Numbered from the stretch's first letter, positions 1 to 9,189 are shown. The stretch: DNA of 64,000 nt from an uncultured Gammaproteobacteria bacterium (GCA_964486685.1 CAZAOE010000001.1:12538-76537); one strand, 5' to 3'. A program made the numbers and translations. The notes: a model not told the origin generated them from the sequence alone.

Positions 1-1
1 T

Positions 2-274
2 TATGGAATTGTACGGGATTTAGTTGGACATGGTGTGGGCTATAAAGTTCATGAAGAGCCCAAAATATATAATTTTAAGTCCAAAGAAAAAGGAGAAAAA
101 CTAAGACCAGGTATGGTTTTGGCCATTGAACCAATGATTAATTTAGGCGGTCCGGAAATCAAAGCTAAAGATAATGGTTGGGATATTATTACCCAAGATG
201 GCTCTATTTCGGCTCATTTTGAGCACACAGTGGTGATTACAAAAAATGGTTGTCGAGTTTTAACTAAAGTTTAA
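2..274 (+). CDS. map: Methionine aminopeptidase type I, C-terminal part (5' end lies outside the window)
   Basis: In-frame translation from nt 2 reads YGIVRDLVGHGVGYKVHEEP...HFEHTVVITKNGCRVLTK, the conserved MetAP C-terminus. A terminator follows. Confidence 0.8.
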   Translation, partial: YGIVRDLVGHGVGYKVHEEPKIYNFKSKEKGEKLRPGMVLAIEPMINLGGPEIKAKDNGWDIITQDGSISAHFEHTVVITKNGCRVLTKV

Positions 275-290
275 CCTCACCCCCTCTAAT

Positions 291-329
291 CCCCCTCTCC
301 TAAAATTAGGAGAGGGGGAGGGAGTTTTT
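291..329 (+). terminator. GC-rich hairpin plus T-run (rho-independent terminator) after map
   Basis: CCCCCTCTCCT aaaatt AGGAGAGGGGG stem followed by agggagTTTTT. Confidence 0.5.
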
Positions 330-402
330 GAATAATATTAAATATATATGAGATTTTTGGCCCCTCGACAAGCTCGGGACTTAATACTTAATTAAATAAC
401 AA

Positions 403-786
403 ATGTCTAGATTTTTAGGAATAGATCATGGAGATAAAAAGATTGGCTTGGCGCTTGGTGAAAACGAAGCTAATTTTGCTTTACCTTATAAAATTATTAA
501 AACCAAAGTTTTTTTTCAAGAAATAAAAGAGATTATTAAAGAAGAAAATATTGAGGAAATTGTTTTGGGCTTGCCTAAAAATTTAAATAATGAAGAAACC
601 CAACAGACCCAAAAGGTTTACGATTTTTTAAACGAATTAAGAAAAATAATCAATTTACCCATACATTTAGAAGACGAAAGAATGACTTCTCGGCAAGCTA
701 AAAATTTAATGATTGATAAAAAAGACGAGGATGCCTCAGCAGCAGCTATAATTTTAGATTCATTTTTAAAAAGAAACTGTAGTTAA
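403..786 (+). CDS. ruvX: Holliday junction resolvase-like YqgF/RuvX
   Basis: N-terminus LGIDHGDKKIGLALGE matches the YqgF/RuvX catalytic motif, and the length (~127 aa) fits. Confidence 0.8.
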   Translation: MSRFLGIDHGDKKIGLALGENEANFALPYKIIKTKVFFQEIKEIIKEENIEEIVLGLPKNLNNEETQQTQKVYDFLNELRKIINLPIHLEDERMTSRQAKNLMIDKKDEDASAAAIILDSFLKRNCS

Positions 787-963
787 ATTTGCAATTACCA
801 ATTACCAATTATCATTTATCAATTTTCATTAAATTTTTAATTAAACAATTACCAATTATCAAATTCTGTCTTTTTGAAAATTGGTTATTAAATGTAAATT
901 TCAAATTGTTAATTGTTTATTTAATGAAAATTTTAAATTTCAAATTGAAAATTAAAAAAATTT
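787..963. repeat. ~170-bp intergenic element, copy A (second copy at 54076-54238)
   Basis: The two copies share atcaattaccaattatcaatttt ... attggttattaaatg ... aatgaaaatttaaaatttcaaattgaaaattaaa. The element ends 0-3 nt before the ATG of the downstream gene with no SD. ORF 789-971 lies inside it and is judged spurious. Confidence 0.6.
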
Positions 964-2043
964 ATGCTTAGAATTATTATATATTTATTAGCTTTTTTTG
1001 CATCTCTTGGTTTGAGTTATTTTTTGGCTATATTTTTTAAAAAACTTTCTTTTAAATTGAATATTATTGATTTTCCAGACGCAGATAGAAAAATTCATGA
1101 ACGACCAGTCGCTTTATTGGGTGGTTGGGCAATTTATTTTAGTTTTGTTTTTTTAATTTTATGTTTGCTCATATTTTTCCCTCAGATAATTTTAACGCAT
1201 GGCATTAGCATTACTCAAATTGGAGGAATAATTATAGCTGGTCTGATTTTAATGCTGAGCGGAACTTTTGATGATAAAAAAAATATAAAACCAATTTGGC
1301 AAATTTTTTGGGTGGCCATTTCCTGTTTAGTTATTATTTTTTCTGGAATAACCATTAAGTTTATCACCAGACCTGGAGGAGGGATTATAGATTTAACAGG
1401 TCCAGAAATAAGCATTTTAGGGCAAAATATTTATTCTTTAGGAGCCCTTTTAACTTTTATTTGGTTGTTGATAATCACTAATACTACCAAACTTTTAGAT
1501 GGAGTAGACGGTTTGGCTAGTGGCGTAACTGGCATTGGAATGATTATTTTATTTATGGTTTCTCTTTTTTGGGACAAACCGCAGAGCGGAACCTCAATAA
1601 TGATTTTAATATTTGCTGGAAGTATTATGGGATTTTTATTATTGAATTTTTATCCAGCTAAAATATTTTTAGGTAATGGTGGTAGTAATTTATTGGGTTT
1701 AATGTTGGGCGTTTTGGCAATTATTAGTGGAGCTAAAATTGCGGCGGCTTTATTAGTTATGGCTCTGCCACTATTAGATATGCTCTGGGTAATTTTGCAG
1801 AGATTAAAAAAAGGAGAGTCGCCTTTTAAACATGCGGATAAAAAACATTTCCATTTTCGGTTATTAAATTTGGGCTTTTCCAAAAAGCAGGCTGTTTTAA
1901 TAATTTATTTAATATCTTTTATCTTTGGCCTAATAGCTTTATTTCAAGAAACTATTGGAAAATTATTTAGTTTAGGGGTTTTAATAATTTTTATATTAAT
2001 TATATTTTATTTTGTATATAAGAAAGATGAAAAAAATATTTAG
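964..2043 (+). CDS. Glycosyltransferase family 4 polyprenyl-phosphate sugar-1-phosphate transferase (MraY/WecA family)
   Basis: Polytopic membrane protein with LLDGVDGLASG (the DGxDGLA motif of the MraY/WecA family); ~359 aa. Confidence 0.65.
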   Translation: MLRIIIYLLAFFASLGLSYFLAIFFKKLSFKLNIIDFPDADRKIHERPVALLGGWAIYFSFVFLILCLLIFFPQIILTHGISITQIGGIIIAGLILMLSGTFDDKKNIKPIWQIFWVAISCLVIIFSGITIKFITRPGGGIIDLTGPEISILGQNIYSLGALLTFIWLLIITNTTKLLDGVDGLASGVTGIGMIILFMVSLFWDKPQSGTSIMILIFAGSIMGFLLLNFYPAKIFLGNGGSNLLGLMLGVLAIISGAKIAAALLVMALPLLDMLWVILQRLKKGESPFKHADKKHFHFRLLNLGFSKKQAVLIIYLISFIFGLIALFQETIGKLFSLGVLIIFILIIFYFVYKKDEKNI

Positions 2044-2458
2044 TTTGATTTTAATTTGTTTATTTTTGACTGCCTGTTTTAATGGTAGCCAATTTGTTAA
2101 TTTAAAAATAAAAGATACTAATATTCAAGCTGAATTAGTAGTTAATTTAAAACAAAAAGCCCAAGGTCTTTCCGGTCGGGAAAGTTTAGCAGATAATCAG
2201 GGAATGTTATTTTTATATCAAGAACCTGGTCGATATTCTTTTTGGATGAAGGGAATGAATTTCCCTTTAGATATAATTTATATTTATAATAATGAAATAA
2301 TAGAGATATTTAAAAATGTCCCTTTGAAAACAGAGGGTGAAATAACGGAAATTTTTCCAGCTCAAATAGCTGATAAAATTTTAGAAGTAAACGCTGGATT
2401 TTGTGATTTACATAATATCCAAATTAGTGATAAGATAGAGTTTAAAGATTTAGATTAG
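2012..2458 (+). CDS. DUF192-family secreted protein
   Basis: Signal peptide plus SFWMKGMNFPLDIIYI, resembling the DUF192 core motif (FWMKnT.iPLDiiF). Confidence 0.45.
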   Translation: MYIRKMKKIFSLILICLFLTACFNGSQFVNLKIKDTNIQAELVVNLKQKAQGLSGRESLADNQGMLFLYQEPGRYSFWMKGMNFPLDIIYIYNNEIIEIFKNVPLKTEGEITEIFPAQIADKILEVNAGFCDLHNIQISDKIEFKDLD

Positions 2459-2487
2459 CTTTATTTTAAAAATAATATATAAAAAAT

Positions 2488-3684
2488 ATGCACCTATCTC
2501 AAAGAGCAGAACGAATTCAGGAATCACCAATTCGGAAATTAAAACCTTATGCCGACCAAGCCCAAATTAAAGGATTAAAAATTTATTATTTAAATATTGG
2601 CCAGCCAGACATTCCCACTCCGCCAGAAATAATGGAGGCCTATAAAAATTATCCGGAAGAAATTTTAGCTTATGGTCCGGCCCAGGGTTTAGATTTTTAC
2701 AGGAAAAATTTAGTTAATTATTATAAGAATAATGGAATAAGAATAGAAGCCGATGATATTATAGTAACTAATTCTGGCTCTGAGGCAATTATTTTTGCCA
2801 TTTTGGCAATAGCCAATCCCGGAGAAGAAATAATTATTCCCGAGCCATTTTATACTAATTATAATGGTTTCGCTGATATGGCTGATATTAAAATTAAAGC
2901 GCTAACTACGCGTATTGAAAATAGTTACCAATTACCTAGCGACAAGGAGATCAAGAGTTTAATTAATCCAAAAACTAAGGCGATTTTAATTTGCAATCCC
3001 AATAATCCTACGGGTGCGGTTTATCCGCAAGCAGATTTACAAAGAATTATTAAAATTGCCCAAGAACATGATTTATTTATCATTTCCGACGAGGTTTATC
3101 GGGAATTTGTTTATGACAATTTAAAACATTATAGTTTTTTAAATTTTCTAGAAGCCCAAGACAGAGTAATTATGGTTGATAGTATTTCTAAAAGATATAG
3201 CGCTTGTGGAGCGCGAATAGGTTGCTTAATTTCTAAAAATAAAGAAGTTATGAAGTCAGTTTTAAAATTTGCTCAAGCTCGTTTATGTCCCCCAACTATT
3301 GATCAGTGGGCAGCTAATCAAGCAATTAGTTTGGGCGAGGAGTATTTCCAAAAGATTTTAGCTGAATATGATGCCCGACGCAATTTGGTTTTTGATGAAT
3401 TGAATAAAATAGAGGGTGTTGTTTGTCAAAAACCAGAAGGGGCTTTTTATGTTATGGCTAAATTGCCGATAGAAAATGCTGAAGATTTTGTAATTTGGTT
3501 ATTGCAAGATTTTAATATAAATAATGAAACCCTGATGTTGGCCCCAGCAGAGAATTTTTATGCCACTCCTGGATTAGGAAAAAACGAAGTTAGAATTGCT
3601 TATATTTTAAATCAAAAGGATTTGCAAAAAGCTTTAAATATTTTAAAGCAGGGCTTAGAAGAATATAAGAATATAAAAAAATAA
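2488..3684 (+). CDS. Class I/II PLP-dependent aminotransferase (aspartate aminotransferase-like)
   Basis: Fold-type I pattern with PLP-lysine motif SKRYSACGARIG and NPNNPTG. Confidence 0.8.
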   Translation: MHLSQRAERIQESPIRKLKPYADQAQIKGLKIYYLNIGQPDIPTPPEIMEAYKNYPEEILAYGPAQGLDFYRKNLVNYYKNNGIRIEADDIIVTNSGSEAIIFAILAIANPGEEIIIPEPFYTNYNGFADMADIKIKALTTRIENSYQLPSDKEIKSLINPKTKAILICNPNNPTGAVYPQADLQRIIKIAQEHDLFIISDEVYREFVYDNLKHYSFLNFLEAQDRVIMVDSISKRYSACGARIGCLISKNKEVMKSVLKFAQARLCPPTIDQWAANQAISLGEEYFQKILAEYDARRNLVFDELNKIEGVVCQKPEGAFYVMAKLPIENAEDFVIWLLQDFNINNETLMLAPAENFYATPGLGKNEVRIAYILNQKDLQKALNILKQGLEEYKNIKK

Positions 3685-3702
3685 AAAAGACAGGAGGCTA
3701 AG

Positions 3703-3873
3703 GTGATTACAATAGAAAAAGAGGAAAATGGTAAGGGATTGGGTGTTTTGGCTATTATTATAGTAATTTTGATAATTATCGCGATAATTACTTATCAAAT
3801 AATTCCTAGTTTTCATTTTTTTGTAGAAAAAATTGCTACCGATCTATATTGTTGGACAACCATTCCTCGCTAG
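3703..3873 (+). CDS. Small (56 aa) membrane protein with a GTG start
   Basis: AGGAGG SD (3692-3697) lies 5 nt before the GTG. A hydrophobic helix (LGVLAIIIVILIIIAIITY) is present. A perfect 10-bp hairpin terminator follows. The ORF is below the track's length cutoff. Confidence 0.4.
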   Translation: MITIEKEENGKGLGVLAIIIVILIIIAIITYQIIPSFHFFVEKIATDLYCWTTIPR

Positions 3874-3884
3874 AGCTACTTTTT

Positions 3885-3918
3885 AATTCCCAGATTATGG
3901 TCTGGGAATTTTCTTTTT
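3885..3918 (+). terminator. Rho-independent terminator
   Basis: AATTCCCAGA ttatgg TCTGGGAATT followed by ttcttttt. Confidence 0.55.
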
Positions 3919-4054
3919 AATCGGTCTTGACTTAATCTTCTACTTATAGTAAAATTTTATTACTTATTAATTAGTAACAAGTTAAAAGTTGCAAGTTGCA
4001 AGTATTATATTTAGATTGCTTTGGAATTTGTAACTGTAAGACAATAATTATATT

Positions 4055-4357
4055 ATGAAAATCGCTGTAGTAAAAACCGGTGGAAAACAATATAAAGTGC
4101 AAGTCGGTGATAAAATTAAAGTAGAAAAGTTAATTGGCAAAGAGGGCAAAGCCGTTAATTTAGAGGTGCTTTTGGTTGCTGAAGGCGATAAAGTTGATTT
4201 AGGCACTCCAAAATTAGAAGATAAAGTTGAGGCCAAAATTATCAAGCAATTTAGAGATAAAAAAATTAGAGTTGTTAAATATAAGAACAAAATTAGATAC
4301 CATAAAGTTTACGGCCATCGACAACATCTGACGGAGTTGGAAGTTACAAGTATTTAA
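4055..4357 (+). CDS. rplU: 50S ribosomal protein L21
   Basis: MKIAVVKTGGKQYKVQVGDKIKVEKL is the canonical L21 N-terminus; length 100 aa. Confidence 0.9.
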   Translation: MKIAVVKTGGKQYKVQVGDKIKVEKLIGKEGKAVNLEVLLVAEGDKVDLGTPKLEDKVEAKIIKQFRDKKIRVVKYKNKIRYHKVYGHRQHLTELEVTSI

Positions 4358-4375
4358 GTTACAAGTATTTTAAAA

Positions 4376-4406
4376 TAAAAATCCCGGTGTGAATCGGGGT
4401 TTTTTG
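4376..4406 (+). terminator. Rho-independent terminator after rplU
   Basis: aaatcccggtgtgaatcgggg hairpin followed by TTTTTT. Confidence 0.6.
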
Positions 4407-4416
4407 ATTTTAAATT

Positions 4417-4887
4417 TTAAAGTCTTAATAATATTTTGTCTATTGTTTCGGTTATAGATAGTTTAGTATTATCTATTTCAATTCCTTCTTTAATTTTGTT
4501 AGTAATTGAATAAACATATCTAACAGAACCCTCGCCATATACTTTTTTTCTTTGAGCATCTCTTTCAATACATTTTTCAACATTACTTATTAAGGAAAAG
4601 AATATTATATCATTTGGAAATTTGTTTTTTAAATCATTTATTTGTTTTTGATAATAAAAGCATCCATCAATGATGAATGTATTCGTACTGCCTTTAATTA
4701 TTTTTAGAATAATATTATTTGCTTGGAGAAAATTTTCAATTGGAATACCATCTTTTTTTTCTAAATTATTGTCTTTTAAAATCTGATCTAGTGATAAATA
4801 ATGAGCATTAATTTTTTTAGCTAGGAGTTTAGCAATAGTTGTTTTCCCAACCCCCAAGGGTCCGCGAATGACTATTATTTTTTTCAT
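4417..4887 (-). CDS. Small P-loop NTPase / nucleoside(-tide) kinase-like protein
   Basis: Walker A IRGPLGVGKTT at the N-terminus; ~156 aa kinase-sized protein. Confidence 0.55.
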   Translation of the reverse strand: MKKIIVIRGPLGVGKTTIAKLLAKKINAHYLSLDQILKDNNLEKKDGIPIENFLQANNIILKIIKGSTNTFIIDGCFYYQKQINDLKNKFPNDIIFFSLISNVEKCIERDAQRKKVYGEGSVRYVYSITNKIKEGIEIDNTKLSITETIDKILLRL

Positions 4888-4896
4888 GATTTATTT

Positions 4897-5454
4897 TTAT
4901 TTAAATAACTTACTAATAGTTTTAAATTCATCAGTACCAGCTTTTTTTAATAGTTGGAAAGTAAGCATTTCAGTAGATGAAATAAAAGCTTCGGTTTGTT
5001 CGATTCTTTTGATAGCAATATTTTTATTTTTTAATGTTCGAGATGATATAGCATCAGTGATTAAATGAATTTGGATATTGTTTTCTAAAGCATCTAGAAC
5101 GGTTTGTAATACACAAATATGAGCTTCTATGCCAGCAATAAAGAGGGTATCAATTTTCATATTCTTTATCAAAGTAGTAAATTCATCAGATCCAAAACAA
5201 CTAAAACTAATTTTTTCAATAATTTTTGTGTTTTTAGGTAAAGTGATTTTTTCAGTAGTATGACCTAAGCCCTGGGGATATTGTTCCGTAACAATTAAAG
5301 GGATATTAAGAGTTTCAGAGACTTTGCTGAGAATATTAATATTAGAAATGACTTGTTCAATATTGTCAATTACCGGAATAAAATTTTCCTGAACATCAAT
5401 AATTAAAAAAGCATTTTTATTTTTTTCCAATGAAGGAATTCCTAAATTATTCAT
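4897..5454 (-). CDS. Isochorismatase-family cysteine hydrolase (possible nicotinamidase-like)
   Basis: Isochorismatase/YcaC-like motif IAGIEAHICVLQT and N-terminal IIDVQENF; 185 aa. Confidence 0.75.
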   Translation of the reverse strand: MNNLGIPSLEKNKNAFLIIDVQENFIPVIDNIEQVISNINILSKVSETLNIPLIVTEQYPQGLGHTTEKITLPKNTKIIEKISFSCFGSDEFTTLIKNMKIDTLFIAGIEAHICVLQTVLDALENNIQIHLITDAISSRTLKNKNIAIKRIEQTEAFISSTEMLTFQLLKKAGTDEFKTISKLFK

Positions 5455-5497
5455 ATTATTTTATTTTAATTTTTTTATAATTTTGAAATTATTTTAT

Positions 5498-6052
5498 TTA
5501 ATATTTCAATGTTGATTTAATAATTTTGAATATTGAAACATAATCAATTTTACTAAAATTAGTAGTATCGATTTTGTAGACCTTACTACCAATATTTAAA
5601 GCAGGATATTCTTCTTTTAAGAGTGTCTTTTTAAATTCATTATAATTTAAATGATCAACGTGTCCAGGATGTCTCTCGCTAGATTCGGATCTTTTTTTAA
5701 AACGTTCAAAAAGAATCTCACCTTTAGTTTCACAAATTATTTGGAGTATTTCGAAATTATATTTGTTTTTTAGAGTATTGAATTTTTGATCAGCAAATTT
5801 TGGTTCAAAGTTATTTTCGACAATAAAGGTTTTGTTTGTTTGAAGAAGTAACTCGAGTGTTTGATATAATATTTTATAACTTGCAATACCAAGTTTTTTA
5901 GACCATTCTCGGTCTTTAATTCCTAAAGAATCAAAAAGAGATTCTTTAATATCGTCTTTACTAATCAATGGTAATTTAAATTTAGTAGATATTTTTTGGG
6001 CAAGAGTTGTTTTTCCAGTACAAGGAGCACCAGATATGATAATTAATTGCAT
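5498..6052 (-). CDS. Small P-loop NTPase / kinase-like protein
   Basis: Walker A ISGAPCTGKTT at the N-terminus. Confidence 0.55.
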   Translation of the reverse strand: MQLIIISGAPCTGKTTLAQKISTKFKLPLISKDDIKESLFDSLGIKDREWSKKLGIASYKILYQTLELLLQTNKTFIVENNFEPKFADQKFNTLKNKYNFEILQIICETKGEILFERFKKRSESSERHPGHVDHLNYNEFKKTLLKEEYPALNIGSKVYKIDTTNFSKIDYVSIFKIIKSTLKY

Positions 6053-6150
6053 GTTATTTTAATTATGATTTATTTATATTGTTTAATAAAATTTTCAATT
6101 CCTAGTTTTTTAAGTTTTTTATTATTTTTATGTCAAAGTCCATAAATTTA

Positions 6151-6173
6151 AATAATTTTATTTAGCTCGTGAA
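6151..6173. repeat. 23-bp direct repeat (left copy) flanking a 357-bp cassette
   Basis: aataattttatttagctcgtgaa; the partner aataatttaatttagctcgtgaa lies at 6531-6553. Confidence 0.5.
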
Positions 6174-6199
6174 TTTGAATATATGTTGTTATGTATTTA

Positions 6200-6526
6200 T
6201 TATTTTTTCTTTGGTCTGAATGGAGACATAAGAATATTGCCCATTGTTTCAAGTACGGGTAAGACTTTTAAGATATATTTTATTATAAAGAGTAATACTG
6301 CATATTGCCAATTTATAAATAGTAAGGCAATAAAGATTCCCCAACCTAAATATATAAATATGGCGACCCATGAAGGTAACATAGGGTCATCAGGTGTAAG
6401 TCTACCTGCTCGCTTTGCCTGTATAAGCCTGATGTCAAAAGCTACAATTGATTCAGCAATAAAATATATAATTGTAAGAATAATTATAGTGGGTGACTGT
6501 ATTACTGTTTTAAATAGTTCAACCAT
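6200..6526 (-). CDS. Small polytopic membrane protein (108 aa) of unknown function
   Basis: Three predicted TM helices. It fills the space between the two 23-bp direct repeats. The overlapping + strand ORF 6183-6545 looks less protein-like. Confidence 0.35.
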   Translation of the reverse strand: MVELFKTVIQSPTIIILTIIYFIAESIVAFDIRLIQAKRAGRLTPDDPMLPSWVAIFIYLGWGIFIALLFINWQYAVLLFIIKYILKVLPVLETMGNILMSPFRPKKK

Positions 6527-6530
6527 AAAA

Positions 6531-6553
6531 AATAATTTAATTTAGCTCGTGAA
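6531..6553. repeat. 23-bp direct repeat (right copy)
   Basis: aataatttaatttagctcgtgaa. Confidence 0.5.
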
Positions 6554-6567
6554 CTAGAGATACGCTG

Positions 6568-7038
6568 TTATATGAAGTGTTGTTTTTTTATTTGGTTAAA
6601 AATTTTATCAGTTGATATTATATCTGTATTAAAAATTAATTCATTTTTTAGTTTGTCTACTCGTTTACTAAACTGGTGTTTAATAGTTTTGGAACTCAGA
6701 TTATTTTTTCTAGATATAGCTGTTTTTTCACTACATTCTAATAATATATGTTGTATTTTATACTTCTTTATATTTTCAATCATTTGTAAGAATGTATTAA
6801 GATGTTTTTTGTCTAAGAAAGCTTCTTCGACAACAATGTTTTTACCCTGTTTTAATAATTCATTTGCCCTTTTACCGGCTTCTTTGAATATAGTTTCAGT
6901 GCGATTCGGCATCTTTGGTATTTCTTTTTTAATCTCATCAATAATTACCTTTTCAAATTTTAACTCTTGGGAAATTTTATTAACAAAACATGTTTTACCA
7001 GAGCCCATCCTACCCCTAATTATTATTATTTTTATCAT
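6568..7038 (-). CDS. Small P-loop NTPase / kinase-like protein
   Basis: Walker A IRGRMGSGKT at the N-terminus. Confidence 0.55.
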   Translation of the reverse strand: MIKIIIIRGRMGSGKTCFVNKISQELKFEKVIIDEIKKEIPKMPNRTETIFKEAGKRANELLKQGKNIVVEEAFLDKKHLNTFLQMIENIKKYKIQHILLECSEKTAISRKNNLSSKTIKHQFSKRVDKLKNELIFNTDIISTDKIFNQIKKQHFI

Positions 7039-7044
7039 GGGTTA

Positions 7045-7578
7045 TTATTTTAATTTTGTAGCCTCGGGCAGATATTCTAAAAATTGACGTCTATTATTAA
7101 AATCAAGTTTTAAATTAATGGTTGATTTTAGTATAGCTTTTCTATAATCGTCATTAAATATATCTGGATTTTTGGTACAAAACCACATTCTATAAATTAA
7201 TATTAATGGTGTGTGTTCATTAGTTATGTTTTGATACATAAAACAAGAGTCCCAAAGCAAGAATTCGGTTTGTTCTGTAATAAATTCTAATAATTTATTT
7301 GGATCTTTGTCGGCGTGTTTTAAAAAGTTTTCAGCTTCATTCCATTTATTTATACAACGTTTACGGTGCTCTGGTTTTACAAATTTTAGCATATAATCTT
7401 TCATATAGGATTCTTTTCCTTGTTTTTTTGACAAATCCCTGAGTATAGAATGTCCTGCTACGGTAAGAGTATGAATAGCTACTATATCAGAGTTATTCAT
7501 AAATAGTCTAATGGCAATTTCTAATTGTCTTTTGGCCGCATCTAGTTTGGATATATAAATATAATTAATCTTTTTCAT
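7045..7578 (-). CDS. Hypothetical protein
   Basis: 177-aa ORF with no recognisable motif. It is packed 6 nt from the upstream kinase gene. Confidence 0.4.
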   Translation of the reverse strand: MKKINYIYISKLDAAKRQLEIAIRLFMNNSDIVAIHTLTVAGHSILRDLSKKQGKESYMKDYMLKFVKPEHRKRCINKWNEAENFLKHADKDPNKLLEFITEQTEFLLWDSCFMYQNITNEHTPLILIYRMWFCTKNPDIFNDDYRKAILKSTINLKLDFNNRRQFLEYLPEATKLK

Positions 7579-7729
7579 ATTTTTAATTTAATTCAAACTT
7601 TTTAAAAATTTGATATGTGGATAAGTTATTTGACTTTTTTAGAGAATTGACGTATATTGAAAATACAGTATTTGGAATGAGGCGCCGACCGTTAGGACGG
7701 TGGCTTTTTTCCTTTTTAGGCGACTATTT

Positions 7730-8521
7730 TTAGTCGTTTTTGTATTTAAAGGATAATCTTTGTTTTAAATCTTGGTCAACAAAAATATTAAATTTTTTAT
7801 TACGAAATCCCTCAGTAAAGTTTTTCGTTCCTATATTTTCTTTAATAAATTTTACTAACTCTTTCTTATATTTATCTCCTTTACCAATAATGCCAGTGGC
7901 AATTTTTAGATCGTAGTTTATTGCTCCAATAAAAAGATCAACGACTTGTAATAAATCATTACCCCTGGAATCGAATCGACAAACTCCAGCCATTGCTAAT
8001 CTATTAGCTTTTTTATTTATTTTTTCTTTTACAGAAACTTCATAATGAATATTTTTAGGTGTTGTTACGTGGTCTGCTAAAAGTATTAAAATTTCATTTG
8101 GTGAAAGAGATGATTCTGCTAGTCGAATAGAAATTTGTTCGTAAGCAATCCATGGATTATTGTTAAATTTTTTTTGAAAATAATTTCCTTGTTTATCAAT
8201 TGTATAAGAATAAAACCAAATGCTCCTGGTGTCTAAAAAAGAATCAATAGCAAATTTAGCGAAATCAATATTAAGTCTAGATAATTTATTAAATTTCATT
8301 TCATCATGAAAGTTTCTTTTATTTCTTTCATAAGTTAATTTACTATATAAATAATAAGGTTGGCTACATTTTATTAGACCAATTGTAAAAAATGGAGCAG
8401 TTTTAGGATCGAGGCTTCCACTTTCATCAAGAAAACAAAATTTTGTCCAAATTTTGTCATAGTCTTTAAGTTTGATTTCCCCCGTTTCTTTTATTTTAAT
8501 TTTGTTCTTTCTAAAAAGCAT
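7730..8521 (-). CDS. DUF3800-family protein
   Basis: N-terminal FCFLDESGSL resembles the DUF3800 signature (y.DESG). Confidence 0.45.
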   Translation of the reverse strand: MLFRKNKIKIKETGEIKLKDYDKIWTKFCFLDESGSLDPKTAPFFTIGLIKCSQPYYLYSKLTYERNKRNFHDEMKFNKLSRLNIDFAKFAIDSFLDTRSIWFYSYTIDKQGNYFQKKFNNNPWIAYEQISIRLAESSLSPNEILILLADHVTTPKNIHYEVSVKEKINKKANRLAMAGVCRFDSRGNDLLQVVDLFIGAINYDLKIATGIIGKGDKYKKELVKFIKENIGTKNFTEGFRNKKFNIFVDQDLKQRLSFKYKND

Positions 8522-8530
8522 ATTTTTATT

Positions 8531-9124
8531 TTAATCCAACCTTTTCCTATTTTCCAAAGCAGAGGAAAGAGTGATTTCATCAGTATATTCAATATCTGAA
8601 CCCATGGGAATTCCACGAGCAAGACGGGAAATGGTTATATTAGAGTTTTTAAATATATTTTTGAGATAAGTGGTCGTGGCTTCGCCCTGGATATTAGAAT
8701 TAAAGGCCAGAATTAATTCTTTGGTCTGTTCATTTTTAACTCGATTGACCAATTCTTTAATAAAAAGTTTATCAGGAGTAATTCCAGAAAGAGGATCAAT
8801 TAAACCACCAAGAATATGATAAACACCATTAAATTTTCCAGTAGATTCCATAACTTCTAAATCACTGCTATTAGCAACAATACAAATAGTATCTTTTTGA
8901 CGACTAGCATCACTACAAATAGCACATGGGTTAGTATCTGAAAAATTATTGCATAATTGGCAGACCTTTAATTCCTTAGTATCGTCGATGCTTTTTATAA
9001 AATCATTAATTTTAGATTCTGGTTTAGAAGCCAAAAAAAGAGCAAGACGCTCAGCTGTTTTGGGTCCAATGCCCGGCAGAGTCATTAATTGCTCTATTAA
9101 GTTTTTTATTATGTTTGGATACAC
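8531..9124 (-). CDS. recR: Recombination protein RecR
   Basis: LPGIGPKTAERLALFL helix-hairpin-helix, C4 zinc finger CQLCNN...CAICSD and Toprim region; classic ybaB-recR synteny. Confidence 0.9.
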   Translation of the reverse strand: MYPNIIKNLIEQLMTLPGIGPKTAERLALFLASKPESKINDFIKSIDDTKELKVCQLCNNFSDTNPCAICSDASRQKDTICIVANSSDLEVMESTGKFNGVYHILGGLIDPLSGITPDKLFIKELVNRVKNEQTKELILAFNSNIQGEATTTYLKNIFKNSNITISRLARGIPMGSDIEYTDEITLSSALENRKRLD

Positions 9125-9189
9125 TTTGTGTAAATTTTAAATTTTAAGTTATAAATTTTAAATGAAAGGAAGGATTTGTGTAAATTTTA

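Noticed and set aside
789-971. 60-aa ORF listed in the track
   Set aside because: It lies entirely within the ~170-bp repeated intergenic element and has low complexity with no start context. The paralogous copy at 54076-54238 has no matching ORF.
6183-6545. 120-aa + strand ORF overlapping the 108-aa - strand ORF
   Set aside because: Only one can be real. The minus-strand product has clean TM-helix periodicity and matches the strand of the neighbouring genes, while the plus-strand ORF is compositionally odd.
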